Made by a program: the position numbers and the translations under genes. 64,000 nt of DNA from an uncultured Chloroflexia bacterium (lineage in GTDB: Bacteria; Chloroflexota; Limnocylindria; Limnocylindrales; CSP1-4): the NCBI GenBank assembly GCA_963734535.1, contig CAVTHS010000009.1:1-64000 (forward strand), read 5' to 3'. The notes beneath the pieces were generated by a model, which saw nothing but the letters and a program-made list of their open reading frames with translations, was not told the origin of the DNA and did no database searches. Each line of letters begins with the position of its first letter. The first letter of the stretch is position 1. Shown here one piece after another: positions 37,029 to 47,278 of the stretch.

Positions 37029-37205
37029 ATGCCGCCTCGTGTGAGGGCCCATCCGTACTTGACCTTGCTGGCGGTGGTCTCCGCGATCCTCATCCTCGTC
37101 GGCCGGATCAACAAGGACATCTGGTGGGGCGACTGGGTCTTTGGCGCCGGAATCGCGGTGCTCGTGGTTGCGGGCGCCCTCTTCCTCCTCTCGCCAAGGA
37201 AGTGA
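37029..37205 (+). CDS. Small two-TM membrane protein (58 aa)
   Basis: GGAGGAGG RBS; MPPRVRAHPYLTLLAVVSAILILVGRINKDIWWGDWVFGAGIAVLVVAGALFLLSPRK. Confidence 0.65.
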   Translation: MPPRVRAHPYLTLLAVVSAILILVGRINKDIWWGDWVFGAGIAVLVVAGALFLLSPRK

Positions 37206-37287
37206 TCGAACCGACCTCCTTTCGGCGCAGGTGGCGCGACGATCGGTGACGGCACGCTGCGGCGCCCTGGCCGGAACCGTCAGGGCG

Positions 37288-38481
37288 TCACGGCGTCGTC
37301 GGCAGGCCGTTGGCGTAGCCGGTGAGCTCGACGTAGCCGCGTCCGGCCACGGCCCGGCCGGCGCGGGTTCCCGTGACCGTCTCGGAGCCCTCCCAGTAGA
37401 CGACGCCGGTCGTCGCCCGCGTGTCCAGCTCCTGGTCGCGGACCGTCGGCATGACGGTGAGGTCGAGGGCATCCACGCTGACCCGGACGTGCCAGCCGGA
37501 CGGGTACCTCGCGCCGGTGCGGGCGCTCGTCCAGTCGCCGAGCGCGACCACCGAGATCTCGTCGCGGGCCAGCGGGACAGACGTGCCATCGGGACGGACC
37601 AGCGTGCCGTACACGAGGGGGTAGGTGCCATCCGCGCTCCGGACCAGCGACACCGTCAGGTCCGACCCGTCGTCGAGGTTGACCGCGAACCAGTCCCAGC
37701 CGCCGCCGCCCACCGCGATGAAGTCGCCCCACTGGTGGTCGAACCAGGCCGTGCCCGTGACCGGGATCCGCTCGCCATCGACGACGAGCGTGCCGGTGGC
37801 GGCCATCCGGTCCGGAGTAGTAGTACGAGCCGCCTGCCGCGCCGAAGTCCACCCAGCCGTCGCGACCGTGAAGGGCGGGCGGAGCGAGCGGGGCGAGCGC
37901 CAGCTGGATGCCGAAGCCGTTCGGCATGGTCGTCTCGACAGCCTCCGCGGGGCCGGCCATTGCCGCGAGCGATGTCACGGCCGCCCGATCCGGCCATCTC
38001 CCAGGCCGCGTTCGCCAGGGTGGCAGGTCGGGCCGGATCGACCCCGGCGAGCGCCAGCGCGAAGCCGCTCGGCGCGCCGTTCGCATCGCGGGGCGAATGA
38101 TCCACCTGCGGGACCGATCTCGCTCCGCTGGGCGTACGCGAAGCGCTGTCCGGCCTCGTCGGTGACGGCAAGATGGCTCGCCCAGCTGACGGGGAAGCCG
38201 CCCCGTTCGGCGCGGAAGACGACGTACTCGAAGCCGAACGTCCGTCCGTCCCCGGCAGCGAGGTGCCCCGTGTAGTACCACCACTCGGTCAGGCGGTCGT
38301 GCGGGCCGTCGTCTCGCGGCAGGAGCACCGCCCGCGGATCGGCGGGGGCCTCGGGCGTCGAAGTCCGCGGCGCCGCGCTCGGCCGTGCCGCCGGCGGGTT
38401 CGCCAGCACCGGGCCGGAGCATGCCCCGAGCACGAATGCCAGCATGCAGGGGAGGAGGCCGCGAAGGCGGCTCGCGTGCAC
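37288..38481 (-). CDS. AttH/CrtC-like lipocalin-fold lipoprotein (several frameshifts)
   Basis: LGAC, PHDRLTEWWYYTGHL, GSYYYS, AWFDHQWG, GWDWF, YP.GW, DQEL, YWEG, GYVELTGY spread over frames. Confidence 0.85.
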
Positions 38482-38538
38482 CGGGCCGGCCGGACCCCGG
38501 GGGGCGGCGAGCGGAGGCCGGCAGTGCGACGCGGGCCG

Positions 38539-40830
38539 TCACCGGAAGCGGGCCTCCAGCTCCGTGTCGGTGCGCGGGAGCCGGTCCTGGAGCAGCCGCG
38601 CGAGGCGGGCCGGCAGCCACCAGTTCCACGTCCCGAGGAGCCGCATCGTGGCTGGGACGAGGAGGGCGCGGACGACCGTGGCGTCGATCGCCACCGCGAG
38701 CGCGACGCCGAGACCCAGCGCCTTGATCAGCACGATGTCCGCGAAGATGAACGAGCCGGCGACGACGACGACGATCAGTGCGGCCGACGTCACGATGCGC
38801 CCGCTCCGCTCGAGACCCTGCGCGACGGCCTCCGTGTTGTCGCCGGTTCGTTCCCACGCTTCCTTCATGCGCGTCAGGAGGAAGACCTCGTAATCCATCG
38901 AGAGGCCGAACAGGACGCAGAACAGGATCACCGGGAGCGTCGTCTCCACGAATCCGAGCGGCTGGAAGCCCAGGAGCCGCGACAGGTTGCCATCCTGGAA
39001 CACCCACACGAGCGCCCCGAACGCGGCGGTGATCGAGAGCGTGTTCATGATGATCGCCTTGAGCGGCAGCCAGACGGAGCGGAGGAGCAGGAAGAGCACC
39101 AGGTACGTGGTGAGCACGATGAAGAGGCCTGTCCTCGGAAAGTCGGCCGCGATACGGCTGACGGTGTCGCTCACATCGGCCGCCCCGCCCCCGACCGAGA
39201 CGCGCACGCCGGCCGGCGGCGCCAGCGGGCTCGCCGGATCGCGCAGGTCCCGCACGAGCGCGCGGGCCTCGTCGCGGTTGGGTCCGTACCCGGTCGTGAC
39301 CGTGAACGCGGTCAGGTCGCCCTTCGTGGTCGCCGCCAGCGCGGTCGCCGTGAACCGGTCCGGCGGCCCGCCCGGGCTCGCGTACAGGAGCTGGTACTGG
39401 AGCAGGCTGATCCGCGGGTCGACGTCCACGAGGCTGTCCACGCGCGCGACGCGCGGGTCCGCGGCGAGGCGCCGTGAGTAGTCGTAGAGCCGTGCGATGT
39501 TCGCAGGGTCCGTGGCAGGCCCATCCGTCCGAACGGCCAGCGTCAGCGGCGCGAAGGCGCCTTCGCCGAAGCTCCGCACCAGCGTCTCGTACGAGGCGCG
39601 CGACGGCACGCTCTCCGGGAGGATCGTCGCGTCCGGGGCGTTGAAGCGGACGTGGAGGAAGGGCGTGCCGAGCACGATCAACACTGCGAGCGTCGGGAAG
39701 AAGACCCGCAGCGGGTGCCGCATGACGCGCCGGGCGAGCCGTGCCCAGGCGCCCTCCGAGCCGGGGTCCGGTCGGACCTTCCGGATCGCGAACGCATCCA
39801 CGCGCGATCCAAGGACGGCGAGGAGCGCCGGCTGGAGCGTCAGCGCGGCCGCGACCGCGATCCCGACCACCAGCGCTCCGGCGATCCCGACGGAGCGCAG
39901 GATCATGAACTCGAAGAGGACCAGGCCGAGGAGCCCGAGCAGGACCGTCAGGCCGGAGAAGAAGACCGCCCGCCCGGCCGTCGCCACGGTGACGCGGACG
40001 GCCGCCTCCACGGCCTCGGCATCGGCGCGAGTGCCGGCGGGCGTGCGCCGGGCCAGCTCCTCGCGGAAGCGGCTCAGCATCAGCAGCGAGTAGTCCACGC
40101 CGAGCCCAAGGCCGAGCAGCGTGGCGAGGTTGAGGACGAAGATGCTCATCGGGGTGACGCTGGCGAGGCCGAAGATCACCGCCAGCGCCGTCACGACCGC
40201 GGTACCGCCGATGACGAGGGGGACGCCGGCCGCGACCACCGAGCCGAAGACCAGCAGGAGCGCGATCGCGGCGAGCGGCAGGCTCACGAGCTCCGCCCGG
40301 CGAAGGTCGGCCTCCGAGACCTTCTGGATGTCGCCGTAGAACGCCGGCCCGCCCGCGAGCGTCACCGTGACGCCCGGCGCCGTTCGCAGCGACGCCTCGA
40401 TTCCGGGCAATGCGGCCGGCGAGTCGTCGGGCGCGATGTCGAGCAGGACGACGTCGTAGGCGACACGCCGATCGGCGGACACCTGGACGGGGGCCATGAG
40501 GTGGCTCTGGACCTGCCGCACGTACGGCGCGGCCACGACGCCGGACGTGGCGCTGCGAACGGCAGACTCGAACGCGGGGTCGCCCACGAGCGCGTCGCCG
40601 GTCGCCTCGTAGACGAGGACGAGCGCCGACGGCGGTGCGCCGAGCTCCTGCACCAGGGTCGCGCGAGCTCGCGCCGACTCGAGATCGTCGAGCGAGAAGC
40701 CGCCGGCCCGCAGTGCGCCGGGGGCCCGGGGTGCGAACGGGATCGCGACGAGGACGACAAGCGCCCACGCGGCCAGCACCCACCAGCGGCGGCGGTACGT
40801 GAATCGGCCGAGCCGCTCGAAGATGGTCAC
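38539..40830 (-). CDS. MMPL/RND family transporter
   Basis: GLGVDYSLL..RFREEL, TAGRAVFFSG, FGLSMDYEVFL, DATVVRALLVPA. Confidence 0.95.
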   Translation of the reverse strand: MTIFERLGRFTYRRRWWVLAAWALVVLVAIPFAPRAPGALRAGGFSLDDLESARARATLVQELGAPPSALVLVYEATGDALVGDPAFESAVRSATSGVVAAPYVRQVQSHLMAPVQVSADRRVAYDVVLLDIAPDDSPAALPGIEASLRTAPGVTVTLAGGPAFYGDIQKVSEADLRRAELVSLPLAAIALLLVFGSVVAAGVPLVIGGTAVVTALAVIFGLASVTPMSIFVLNLATLLGLGLGVDYSLLMLSRFREELARRTPAGTRADAEAVEAAVRVTVATAGRAVFFSGLTVLLGLLGLVLFEFMILRSVGIAGALVVGIAVAAALTLQPALLAVLGSRVDAFAIRKVRPDPGSEGAWARLARRVMRHPLRVFFPTLAVLIVLGTPFLHVRFNAPDATILPESVPSRASYETLVRSFGEGAFAPLTLAVRTDGPATDPANIARLYDYSRRLAADPRVARVDSLVDVDPRISLLQYQLLYASPGGPPDRFTATALAATTKGDLTAFTVTTGYGPNRDEARALVRDLRDPASPLAPPAGVRVSVGGGAADVSDTVSRIAADFPRTGLFIVLTTYLVLFLLLRSVWLPLKAIIMNTLSITAAFGALVWVFQDGNLSRLLGFQPLGFVETTLPVILFCVLFGLSMDYEVFLLTRMKEAWERTGDNTEAVAQGLERSGRIVTSAALIVVVVAGSFIFADIVLIKALGLGVALAVAIDATVVRALLVPATMRLLGTWNWWLPARLARLLQDRLPRTDTELEARFR

Positions 40831-40926
40831 AGGCGGGGTTCGGCCGGGCCAGCCAACCGGATGTCGATCACCGGCATCGCGAGCCCCGCAAGGCGTCCGG
40901 CGGCGGCGCCGATTCGCGGTCACGCC

Positions 40927-41394
40927 TCACGTCTCGCGCCCGACGGCCTCCTCCTCGAGGATCGTCGTCCAGGTGACCGACGCGGCCTCGCGGATCGTGG
41001 AGAGCACGGAGCAGTACCGGTCGATCGACAGCGCCACGGCCCGCTCCACGGCCTCGCGATCCAGCTCGCGCCCTCGAACCGTGAAACGCAGGACGACGCG
41101 GCGGAATGTCCAGGGTGGATCGGGCTGCTGGTCCCCATCGACGGCAACGTCGATCGCGGTCACGTCCTGGCGCTTCTTGCGAAGGATCTCGACGAGGTCC
41201 CACGCGGCACAGCCCGCGCCCGCGACGAGGAGCAGCTCGGCGGGACTCGGGCCGGCTGCCGGACCATGCAGGCCGGCGTCGAGGGAGACCTCATCGGGCT
41301 CGCCGGGTGCCTCGAACACGACGCCCGCGCCGCTTCGTCCGGTGGCCTCGAAACGGGAGGTCCCGGGGCGCCAGGCAAGCTGGATCGACTTCAT
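40927..41394 (-). CDS. OsmC/YhfA family protein
   Basis: GPSPAELLL..AGC...D...ILRK, LS..RYCSV. Confidence 0.9.
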   Translation of the reverse strand: MKSIQLAWRPGTSRFEATGRSGAGVVFEAPGEPDEVSLDAGLHGPAAGPSPAELLLVAGAGCAAWDLVEILRKKRQDVTAIDVAVDGDQQPDPPWTFRRVVLRFTVRGRELDREAVERAVALSIDRYCSVLSTIREAASVTWTTILEEEAVGRET

Positions 41395-41634
41395 GGACGG
41401 GGATCTCCGGGTGTGGCGGCTGCGGGAGGCGCCGTCCCGCATGGGGTGGCGCGTTCGCATGCATCATGCACCGGAACCCGGCGCGGACGGGCGTGCCGTC
41501 TCCGGGGCGACGGGCACGCGATCGGCCGGCGGCGGCAGACGATGTCCCGGGACGCAACGGCCCTCGCGGGGCGAACCGCCCCTCTGCTATTCTCCGCCCG
41601 TCCAACCCGCCCGACCCTCGCGCGGAGGCGCCCG

Positions 41635-41961
41635 GTGCAGCTCTTCGTCACCGCGATCCAGTACCCGATCCAGTTCGGCGTGGCGATCCTCGTTGCCGGC
41701 GCCTTCGTGACGATCTTCCTGCGAGCGGCGATCTCACCGGAGCGCAAGACCGGCTCGATCGGCTGGATCCGCGCGATCACGGGCCCGAACGCGAAGCTCT
41801 TCTTCGGCATCCTCTTCGTGGGCTGGGTCGCCGTCTCCGGGCTCCTGATCCCATCGTTCCCGAACACCGCGAACTCGCCCTACGGCGCCATCGCGCTCAT
41901 CGCGATGTTCACCGGCTTCTTCATCATGATGGGCCTGCTCTGGGCCGTGATCGGGGAGTAG
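41635..41961 (+). CDS. Small membrane protein (three TMs)
   Basis: Hydrophobic 108-aa ORF with typical high-GC codon use. Confidence 0.7.
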   Translation: MQLFVTAIQYPIQFGVAILVAGAFVTIFLRAAISPERKTGSIGWIRAITGPNAKLFFGILFVGWVAVSGLLIPSFPNTANSPYGAIALIAMFTGFFIMMGLLWAVIGE

Positions 41962-42028
41962 CCGGAACGGACAGGTTCCCGGGACGAGGCGGCCAGCGTC
42001 GCGAGCCCGGGCTCGGCGCATCGCCGTC

Positions 42029-42802
42029 TCATGCTCTCCGTCGCGCGATCCAGACCTCCTCGGACGGCCACCGGCGCGCCCAGTCCGGCGTCACGAAAGG
42101 GTAGCGGGTCGTCGCGCCTGCGGGTGCCTGCAGCTCCACCAGGTTCTCCACCTCGAAGCCGCTTGCCCGCAGGAGCCGGATCATGTCTCCGTGCCCGAGG
42201 TGAAACTCCACCGACGATTCGTCCGGCCAGACGAACCGGCCCAGCCCGCCAAAGTGCGGTCGGAGGAGCCGGTCCGTAGCCGGCTCGGCGTCCAGATCAG
42301 GGGAGCAGAGCATCAGCAGGGTCGAGTTCCCCAGGAAGATGAGCCGGCCGCCGGGGCGCAGGAGGCGGGCCGCCTCGGGGATCCAGCGGCTGGGGTCGCA
42401 CCAGATCGCCGCGCCGTACTCGCTGATCGCAAGATCGAACGAGGCATCGGGCAGGGGGACTGCCTCCGCGTTCGCCTCCAGCAGCGGAAAGGCCAGGCCG
42501 TGCTCGCGCTGGAGCTCCCGTGCCGTCGCGAGCTGCGCAGGCGTGATGTCCACCCCGACCGGACGGGCGCCGCGGCGCGCCAGCCAGGCGGACACGTACG
42601 CGGTTCCGCACCCGAGCTCGATGGTGTCGAGGCCGGCGACGTCCGGGAGGATCTGCGCATCCGACTCGGGCACGCCCCAGATCCCCCAGCTCGGCTCGGA
42701 CTGGGCCCAGCTGCGACGAGCGGGCCCGACGTAGTCGGCAGCCTCGGTCGTCCAGAACGCGCGATTGGTGACGACGTGATCAGGGAGAATCGGCTCGCTC
42801 AT
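42029..42802 (-). CDS. Class I SAM-dependent methyltransferase
   Basis: ELGCGTAY, GVD, FDLAISEYGA, LLRPGG. Confidence 0.92.
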   Translation of the reverse strand: MSEPILPDHVVTNRAFWTTEAADYVGPARRSWAQSEPSWGIWGVPESDAQILPDVAGLDTIELGCGTAYVSAWLARRGARPVGVDITPAQLATARELQREHGLAFPLLEANAEAVPLPDASFDLAISEYGAAIWCDPSRWIPEAARLLRPGGRLIFLGNSTLLMLCSPDLDAEPATDRLLRPHFGGLGRFVWPDESSVEFHLGHGDMIRLLRASGFEVENLVELQAPAGATTRYPFVTPDWARRWPSEEVWIARRRA

Positions 42803-42857
42803 CCCGCGAACGATACCGGCTGGACCCCGGCCCATCGGGCGGGTATGATCGATCCTC

Positions 42858-42874
42858 CTATGCAGAGTGCATAG
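42858..42874. promoter_or_regulatory. Perfect palindrome CTATGCA-GAG-TGCATAG, operator-like
   Basis: Lies in the AT-richer divergent intergenic region, just after a TATGAT -10-like box (42844-42849) upstream of kamA. Confidence 0.5.
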
Positions 42875-42967
42875 TCTTTATGCGTCGGAGCGCGTTCGCA
42901 CGGGCAGGCGGCAGGCCGGCCTCCCGTCGATCCGGTGCCGCCGCGCCAGCACGGAGCGAGCCCGCCG

Positions 42968-44524
42968 ATGACCGTCCAGGAGCACAGCTCGGCCGTCGCC
43001 CGGGCGAGCGAGGAGCCGGCATTCGTGAACCGGCGCGACCCGGCCCGCCGGCTGGGACCGGACGGCAAGCCGGCAGTCAGCCGCCGCGCGCCGATCTGGG
43101 CGGACGTTCCCGACGAGAAGTGGAACAACTGGCGCTGGCAGCTCTCCAACCGCGTCAACGAGCTGACCGAGATCGAGACGATCCTCAACCTCACCGACGA
43201 CGAGCGCGAGGGTCTCTCCGCGCCGGACAAGTTCCGGGTTGACGTCACGCCCTACTTCATCAGCCTCGTGGACCCGGACGACCCGGACGACCCGATCCGG
43301 CGCCAGATCATCCCGACCGGCCGCGAGCTGCGCTCCTTCACCGGCATGATGGAGGACTCGCTCGCCGAGGATCGCCACTCGCCGGTCCCCGGCCTGGTCC
43401 ATCGCTACCCGGACCGGGTCCTGATGCTGATCACCACGCAATGCGCGAGCTACTGCCGTTACTGCACGCGGAGCCGGATCGTCGGCGACCCGAGCCAGAA
43501 CTTCAACCGCAAGGAGCACGAGGCGCAGCTGGACTACATCCGGCGGACCCCCCAGATCCGGGACGTGCTGATCTCCGGTGGCGACGGCCTCACCCTGGCG
43601 CCGAAGCTCCTGGAGTCGGTGCTGCGAGGCCTGCGCGAGATCCCGCACGTGGAGATCATCCGGATCGGCTCACGAGTGCCGGTCTTCCTTCCGCAGCGGA
43701 TCGACGACGAGCTGGGCGAGATGCTGGCGAAGTACCACCCGGTCTGGCTCAACATCCACGTGAACCACCCGAACGAGATCACGCCGGAGCTCGCCCGAGC
43801 ATGCGACGTCCTGGCGCGCGCCGGCATCCCGCTCGGCAACCAGTCGGTGCTCCTGGCCGGCGTGAACGACTGCGTCCACATCCAGCGCGACCTCGTCCAG
43901 CGGCTCGTCGAGATCCGGGTCCGGCCCTACTACATCTACCAGTGCGACCTGGTCGAGGGCGCCGGCCACTTCAGGACCCCGGTCGGCAAGGGCCTCGAGA
44001 TCATGGAGGGGCTCCGCGGCCACACGTCCGGCTATGCCGTCCCGCAGTTCATCGTGGATGCGCCGGGGGGCGGCGGGAAGATCCCCGTCATGCCCAACTA
44101 CCTCGTCTCGTACTCGGATCACAAGATCGTGCTCCGCAACTACGAGGGCTACATCACCACCTACGAGGAGCCCACCGCGTATACGCCCCACGACCGGGCG
44201 AGCTGCCGCTGGTGCCAGAACCCGCGCCCCGAGCCGGGGCAGGAGGGGATCACCGCGCTCCTCGACGGAAAGCGGATGTGGATCGAGCCGGCCGGTTTCG
44301 TCGAGACCCACGCCCGCGGCAACGAGGAGGCTCACCGCCTCCAGGATCCGTCGAAGTGGGTGCCGTACGGGGTGGGCGCGCTCGAGGGGCAGGCCGGCCA
44401 GCCGCTGCCCGTGCTCCACGCGGGCTCGACGTCCGCGGGCGCGCCGCCGGCCTACGGCCCCGGCGAGGAGCCCCGGCCCGCCGACGGTCAGCCCACCGCG
44501 ACCGCCAACCACGAGCTCCTGTAG
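42968..44524 (+). CDS. kamA: Lysine 2,3-aminomutase (KamA radical SAM)
   Basis: HRYPDRVL, CASYCRYCTR, SGGD, NQSVLL, PYY, DAPGGGGKIP (PLP Lys), RNYEG. Confidence 0.92.
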   Translation: MTVQEHSSAVARASEEPAFVNRRDPARRLGPDGKPAVSRRAPIWADVPDEKWNNWRWQLSNRVNELTEIETILNLTDDEREGLSAPDKFRVDVTPYFISLVDPDDPDDPIRRQIIPTGRELRSFTGMMEDSLAEDRHSPVPGLVHRYPDRVLMLITTQCASYCRYCTRSRIVGDPSQNFNRKEHEAQLDYIRRTPQIRDVLISGGDGLTLAPKLLESVLRGLREIPHVEIIRIGSRVPVFLPQRIDDELGEMLAKYHPVWLNIHVNHPNEITPELARACDVLARAGIPLGNQSVLLAGVNDCVHIQRDLVQRLVEIRVRPYYIYQCDLVEGAGHFRTPVGKGLEIMEGLRGHTSGYAVPQFIVDAPGGGGKIPVMPNYLVSYSDHKIVLRNYEGYITTYEEPTAYTPHDRASCRWCQNPRPEPGQEGITALLDGKRMWIEPAGFVETHARGNEEAHRLQDPSKWVPYGVGALEGQAGQPLPVLHAGSTSAGAPPAYGPGEEPRPADGQPTATANHELL

Positions 44525-44587
44525 GGACGCTCTCCGTCGGGTCGCCCCGGGGCGCCAGGGACCTCCCCTGTCGGGACGCCCCTGGCG

Positions 44588-46039
44588 TCAGCCTCCCGTC
44601 GCGGCGCGCTCTGCAACGTCCAGCGATCGAAGCGCCGCCTGCAGCTGCGTGTCCGAGCTCGCTCCGATCCCTCCGCTGCCGAGCGTCGCGAAGTCGTCGG
44701 GCACGAGGAAGCTGACCCCCTGGGCCAGGGGGACGGTCTCGTCCGGCGTCAGGCCCTCACGCCAGATCGCGTGGCCCTTCGGGGTGAGCCAGCGCTCGGT
44801 CCCGATCGTGACTGCCGACCCGTCAGCGAGCGGATATGTCCCGACCACGGTGCCCGTCCCGTACGTGGTCTCGCCGACGATCGTGGCGCGCCCCGCGTCC
44901 TGGATCGCTCCCGTGACGATCTCCGCCGCACTTGCCGTCTGGCCGTCCACGAGGACCACGAGCGGGAGGTCCGTCGCGAGTCCACCCGCGGCGACCTCGT
45001 GCGGAACCTGCTTGCCACTTCGGTCCTGCGAGATGTAGACGATGCCCGATCCCAGGAACTGGCTCGCGACGTTGATCGCCTCGGTCACGAAGCCCCCACC
45101 ATTCGCGCGCAGGTCCAGCACGATCCCGGCCGCGCCGGCCGCGCGTGCGGCCTTGATCGCGGCGACCATGTCCTTCGCGGCTCCCGTCGAGAACGACTCG
45201 AGCCGGATGACCGCGTCACGACCGCCGGGCGCCAGCGCCCAGCTCACGAGCTGCTGCTCGATCTTCGCCCGGACGATCGTGAGGCTTCGCTCGGACCCGT
45301 CGAGATCCTGGAGGACGAGCGTCACGGGCGTGCCCTCCGGCCCGCGAACCTTGACGACGACCTGCTCGACTGTCTGGCCCGCGACCGTGTTGCCGTCGAC
45401 GCGGAGGATCACCTCGCCTGCCCGCAGTCCGGCCTTCTCGGCCGGGCTGCCGGGGATGACGCGGACGACGGTCGCGGCGCTCCCCTCGAGCGTGAGCACG
45501 GCGCCAATGCCGACGAACGTCCCGGAGAGCGATGCATTGCGAGCCGCAACTTCCTGCGCGGTGAGGTAGCCGGTGTGGCCTGGATCATTGACCGCGTCCA
45601 TGAGTCCGCGGATCGCGCCCTGGACAAGCGTGGTGGGGTCCAGCCCGGACGGATCGACGTAGTTGGCCCGGAGCAGCGAATACGCCTGGTCGAGGAGCGA
45701 CCAGCCGAGCGGCCCCGCGGATGTGGCCGCCCCGGACGCCGCCGGCGCGGAAGACACGGCCGGGCTGGCCGTCGATCCGGCGCCGGCATCCGGTGCCGAG
45801 AGCCGGCCGACCAGGCCCCCGGTCCCGAACAGCAGCGCGGCCGCGAGGACGAGCGCGGCAACCGTCCGGCCGTGCCCACGCCGCGCGGGCGCGGGCATCG
45901 TCGTCGGAGCCTCGACGGGAATCGCCGGGCCGGCGACGGGCGGGCTCGGCGGCGGGACGTCGACAGGCCATGTCATCGGCGGGTTCGGGGCGTCGGGGGC
46001 GGGCGAGCCGGGCGCGGCAGCGGGGAGATCGTGGTCCAT
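44588..46039 (-). CDS. S41 C-terminal processing peptidase with PDZ domain
   Basis: GIGA, GSPAEKAGL, LDLRANGGG, TASAAEI, GETTYGTG. Confidence 0.93.
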   Translation of the reverse strand: MDHDLPAAAPGSPAPDAPNPPMTWPVDVPPPSPPVAGPAIPVEAPTTMPAPARRGHGRTVAALVLAAALLFGTGGLVGRLSAPDAGAGSTASPAVSSAPAASGAATSAGPLGWSLLDQAYSLLRANYVDPSGLDPTTLVQGAIRGLMDAVNDPGHTGYLTAQEVAARNASLSGTFVGIGAVLTLEGSAATVVRVIPGSPAEKAGLRAGEVILRVDGNTVAGQTVEQVVVKVRGPEGTPVTLVLQDLDGSERSLTIVRAKIEQQLVSWALAPGGRDAVIRLESFSTGAAKDMVAAIKAARAAGAAGIVLDLRANGGGFVTEAINVASQFLGSGIVYISQDRSGKQVPHEVAAGGLATDLPLVVLVDGQTASAAEIVTGAIQDAGRATIVGETTYGTGTVVGTYPLADGSAVTIGTERWLTPKGHAIWREGLTPDETVPLAQGVSFLVPDDFATLGSGGIGASSDTQLQAALRSLDVAERAATGG

Positions 46040-46107
46040 GCGAACGACCATGCACCATCCGGGCTGCGGGCGCGTGCAGGCGCGGTGAAGAATGGATTAC
46101 CCGGACC

Positions 46108-46656
46108 TCAGGATCCCGCGCCGGACCTCCACCCCGCCTCGACGATCGAGGGTCGTTCCGCGAGGAGCGCGTCGCGGATGCCGTTCGCCCAGCGCTCGAT
46201 GGCGGCCCAGTCGCGGTGGTCGCCGACGTTCGTCCGGGCGAGCTTCGAGAGGAGGCGCAGCCCGGATGCCACGTGGTGCGGCTGCAGCGAGCCAACGAAG
46301 AGCGCCACGTCACGCGGCCCGATCCGCCCGATCACGTCCACCAGGTCATCCGGGAGGTCAGCCTGTGTGCCGGGCGCCACCTGGTCCACCGGACCGGAGG
46401 CGAACAGCCAGGTTGGGATTCCCGCCAGCTCGCGTTCGTGCTCGGCCAGGAAGCCATGGGCGCCGGGCAGCCAGCCCCCGTCGTAGACGGCCGATCCCAG
46501 GACGGCGCCGCGGACGCGGCTCAGCGTGCCGACCGTGTCGATCGACTCGAGGATGACCGGGATGCCCGCGGCACGGAGGATCTCGGCCACCGCCGCCGCG
46601 ATCCCACGGGTCGACTCGTGTCGTGTCCCGAATGCGACGAGGACTTCACCGCTCAT
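46108..46656 (-). CDS. Flavodoxin-domain protein (HemG-like)
   Basis: VAFGTRHESTRGIA, LGSAVY, WLFASGP, GDHRDW. Confidence 0.85.
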   Translation of the reverse strand: MSGEVLVAFGTRHESTRGIAAAVAEILRAAGIPVILESIDTVGTLSRVRGAVLGSAVYDGGWLPGAHGFLAEHERELAGIPTWLFASGPVDQVAPGTQADLPDDLVDVIGRIGPRDVALFVGSLQPHHVASGLRLLSKLARTNVGDHRDWAAIERWANGIRDALLAERPSIVEAGWRSGAGS

Positions 46657-46792
46657 CGCTGCACCTCCTGCCGCGCCATGAATCGTGGCGGGCGGCTTAC
46701 GCGACGCATTCTCCGCCGCGCGGCGGCTGCCGGCCAGTGCCGGAGGTCCCGCCAGCGGACCGCCGCGTGGGCCGGTGGTATCGTCGGCTCCC

Positions 46793-47248
46793 GTGACCGA
46801 TCCCCGATCTGCCGCCCCCGGCGGCCTCCGCCTTGGCCCTGCGCCCGCCGGGCTTCCCGATCCGAATCTCGCGCCCCCGGTGGTGGCAGAGCCCGGCGAC
46901 CCGTTCGCGGTCCTGCGCGTCCTCGAGCTGGTTGCGCGGGTGGAGGCCGGCCGGCCCGTGCTGCTCGACGACCTCGTGGCATCGCTCAACGCGCGCCACC
47001 TCGACTGGGTGTTCGACCGCGCCGTCGTGGCCGCCGCACTCGTCGGCCTCCAGGCCAACTGGATGGCCGACTTCCGCAACGCCTCGGGCATCGTGCTGGA
47101 GGAGAGCCCCTACGGCCCGGCGCTCACGCTGGAGAGGACAGCCCGCATGGCTGCCTGGATCGTGGGCCAGGCGCAGCGCAGCGCCGCCGAGTGTCGCCGG
47201 GAGCTCGCGGAATTCAGCCGGCGCGAGGGCGGCAACCGCTCAGGCTGA
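46793..47248 (+). CDS. Hypothetical protein
   Basis: Protein-like ORF (LQANWMADFRN) filling the intergenic space. Confidence 0.65.
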   Translation: MTDPRSAAPGGLRLGPAPAGLPDPNLAPPVVAEPGDPFAVLRVLELVARVEAGRPVLLDDLVASLNARHLDWVFDRAVVAAALVGLQANWMADFRNASGIVLEESPYGPALTLERTARMAAWIVGQAQRSAAECRRELAEFSRREGGNRSG

Positions 47249-47278
47249 TCGACGCCCGCGTGGCCGCGCCGCGGCGGC

